From IMG/VR virus record IMGVR_UViG_3300042940_001159, positions 1 to 26,059 of that record: DNA of 26,059 bases; one strand, 5' to 3'. The translations under genes were made by a program, and so were the position numbers. The stretch comes from a virus. Taxonomy: Duplodnaviria > Caudoviricetes. Positions 25,271-26,059 of this stretch are shown here, in pieces. The stretch's first letter is position 1; every line of letters starts with the position of its first letter. The notes beneath the pieces are model-generated. The model was not told where the DNA came from and did not search any database. It saw only the letters and a list, made by a program, of their open reading frames with translations.

Positions 25271-26059
25271 TTACGCGAAGGTTGTTTCCACCCATTCTAT
25301 GTCCGCTACCCAGCGAATGTTTGTTGCCGCCGCTCCGGTGCCGATGATGTTGATTGCCCCGTTGGTTGTGTCGGCGGTGATAGCCAAAGTCCAAGCGGGG
25401 CCAGCGCCCCACGCGCCGCCGGTGTAACCTCGATCGGTGCCCATTGTTTCAACATCAACGGAGACCGTTCCAACGGCAACGCCGCGCTCCCAATTCACAC
25501 GCCTGCGCCAAGTCATGTGCTGGTCTCCCGCTGTATTCGTGCGGGCAACTACGGTAATCATCGCAACTCCGGAGGAGTTTGCCGGTACTAATACGCGAGC
25601 GGATGAACCGTCGAGAAACAGGTTTGACGGCGTTGCGTCCGTCGTCGAGCGGCGAGCCATGAGGCGCGAGCGTTGAGCGTCGCCGGTTGATGCAAATGGG
25701 CCTGCGGATTCCGAGAATTGGCCGTGAAGAGGCGCGTTTGCTCGTTCACCGGCGGCCCACGCTCCAACGCCTGCGGCAGTGGCAAACAAGCCTAAGGCAA
25801 ACGAGTAATTCCCAGAAGCCGTTGAGCTGTACCCAAATGTGAAAGCCAGGATGCCGGATGCTGATGGGGTGGCTTGACCTGCCGCAAATGAATTCGTGCC
25901 GGAAGCGGTTCCGTTTCCCAAGCTAAACGCGTCCGTTCCTGTGCATCGGGATTTTTGGAACGCCACCGCGCCAGCCCCGGACGCAACGTCTGCGGCTGCT
26001 CCTCGGCTATAGGTAAAGTCAACGGCATTGTTGCCGCGGAGGTTTCCTCCCGCGGTTGT
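25271..26059 (-). CDS. Tail fibre protein, C-terminal part (5'-truncated by the window)
   Basis: Frame is open to the window end (TTAGGNLRGNNAVDFTYSR...VASG). About 14-aa ASGxxSFAxG YadA-head-like repeats precede a beta-sandwich-like C-terminal domain. Confidence 0.78.
   Translation of the reverse strand, partial: TTAGGNLRGNNAVDFTYSRGAAADVASGAGAVAFQKSRCTGTDAFSLGNGTASGTNSFAAGQATPSASGILAFTFGYSSTASGNYSFALGLFATAAGVGAWAAGERANAPLHGQFSESAGPFASTGDAQRSRLMARRSTTDATPSNLFLDGSSARVLVPANSSGVAMITVVARTNTAGDQHMTWRRRVNWERGVAVGTVSVDVETMGTDRGYTGGAWGAGPAWTLAITADTTNGAINIIGTGAAATNIRWVADIEWVETTFA

Larger units (their letters stand above)
1..26059. mobile_element. Bacteriophage genome fragment (podovirus-like: replication block converging on tail/ejection block)
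   Basis: Tightly packed or overlapping ORFs. Phage-type PolA, minimal ligase, MazG-like and DUF6378-like genes lie on +; tail fibre, adaptor, nozzle and ejection-like genes lie on -. No tape-measure or sheath gene and no host housekeeping genes seen. Confidence 0.93.

Noticed and set aside
1-26059. CRISPR array, tRNA genes, diversity-generating retroelement, invertible fibre cassette, stop-codon reassignment
   Set aside because: By eye I found no spaced direct repeats, cloverleafs, reverse transcriptase, recombinase or nucleotide-level repeat pairs. Genes tile densely under the standard code, with TAA, TGA and TAG all used as stops. Short or degenerate repeats could have been missed.

Overview
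The window is a gene-dense fragment of a dsDNA phage genome with podovirus-like organisation. Two gene blocks converge on a bidirectional hairpin terminator at 6830-6858. The + strand block (1-6816) covers replication and nucleotide metabolism. It holds a family A DNA polymerase split into two genes (exonuclease+thumb, then palm+fingers), separated by an ATP-dependent ligase, a MazG-like NTP pyrophosphohydrolase and two small ORFs. These are followed by a pyrimidine-dimer glycosylase-like gene, a P-loop ATPase/helicase and a DUF6378-like gene. The - strand block (26059 down to 6875) is the tail/ejection module: tail-fibre-like proteins (one with a signal peptide), a lipoprotein, a glycosyltransferase, an adaptor, a tail nozzle fused to a metallophosphoesterase, a possible acyltransferase, three ejection-type proteins (one about 2160 aa and polyvalent) and an overlapping cupin gene. 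I saw no capsid, portal, terminase, integrase, tRNA or CRISPR array. All family calls come from recognising motifs by eye, not from database searches.
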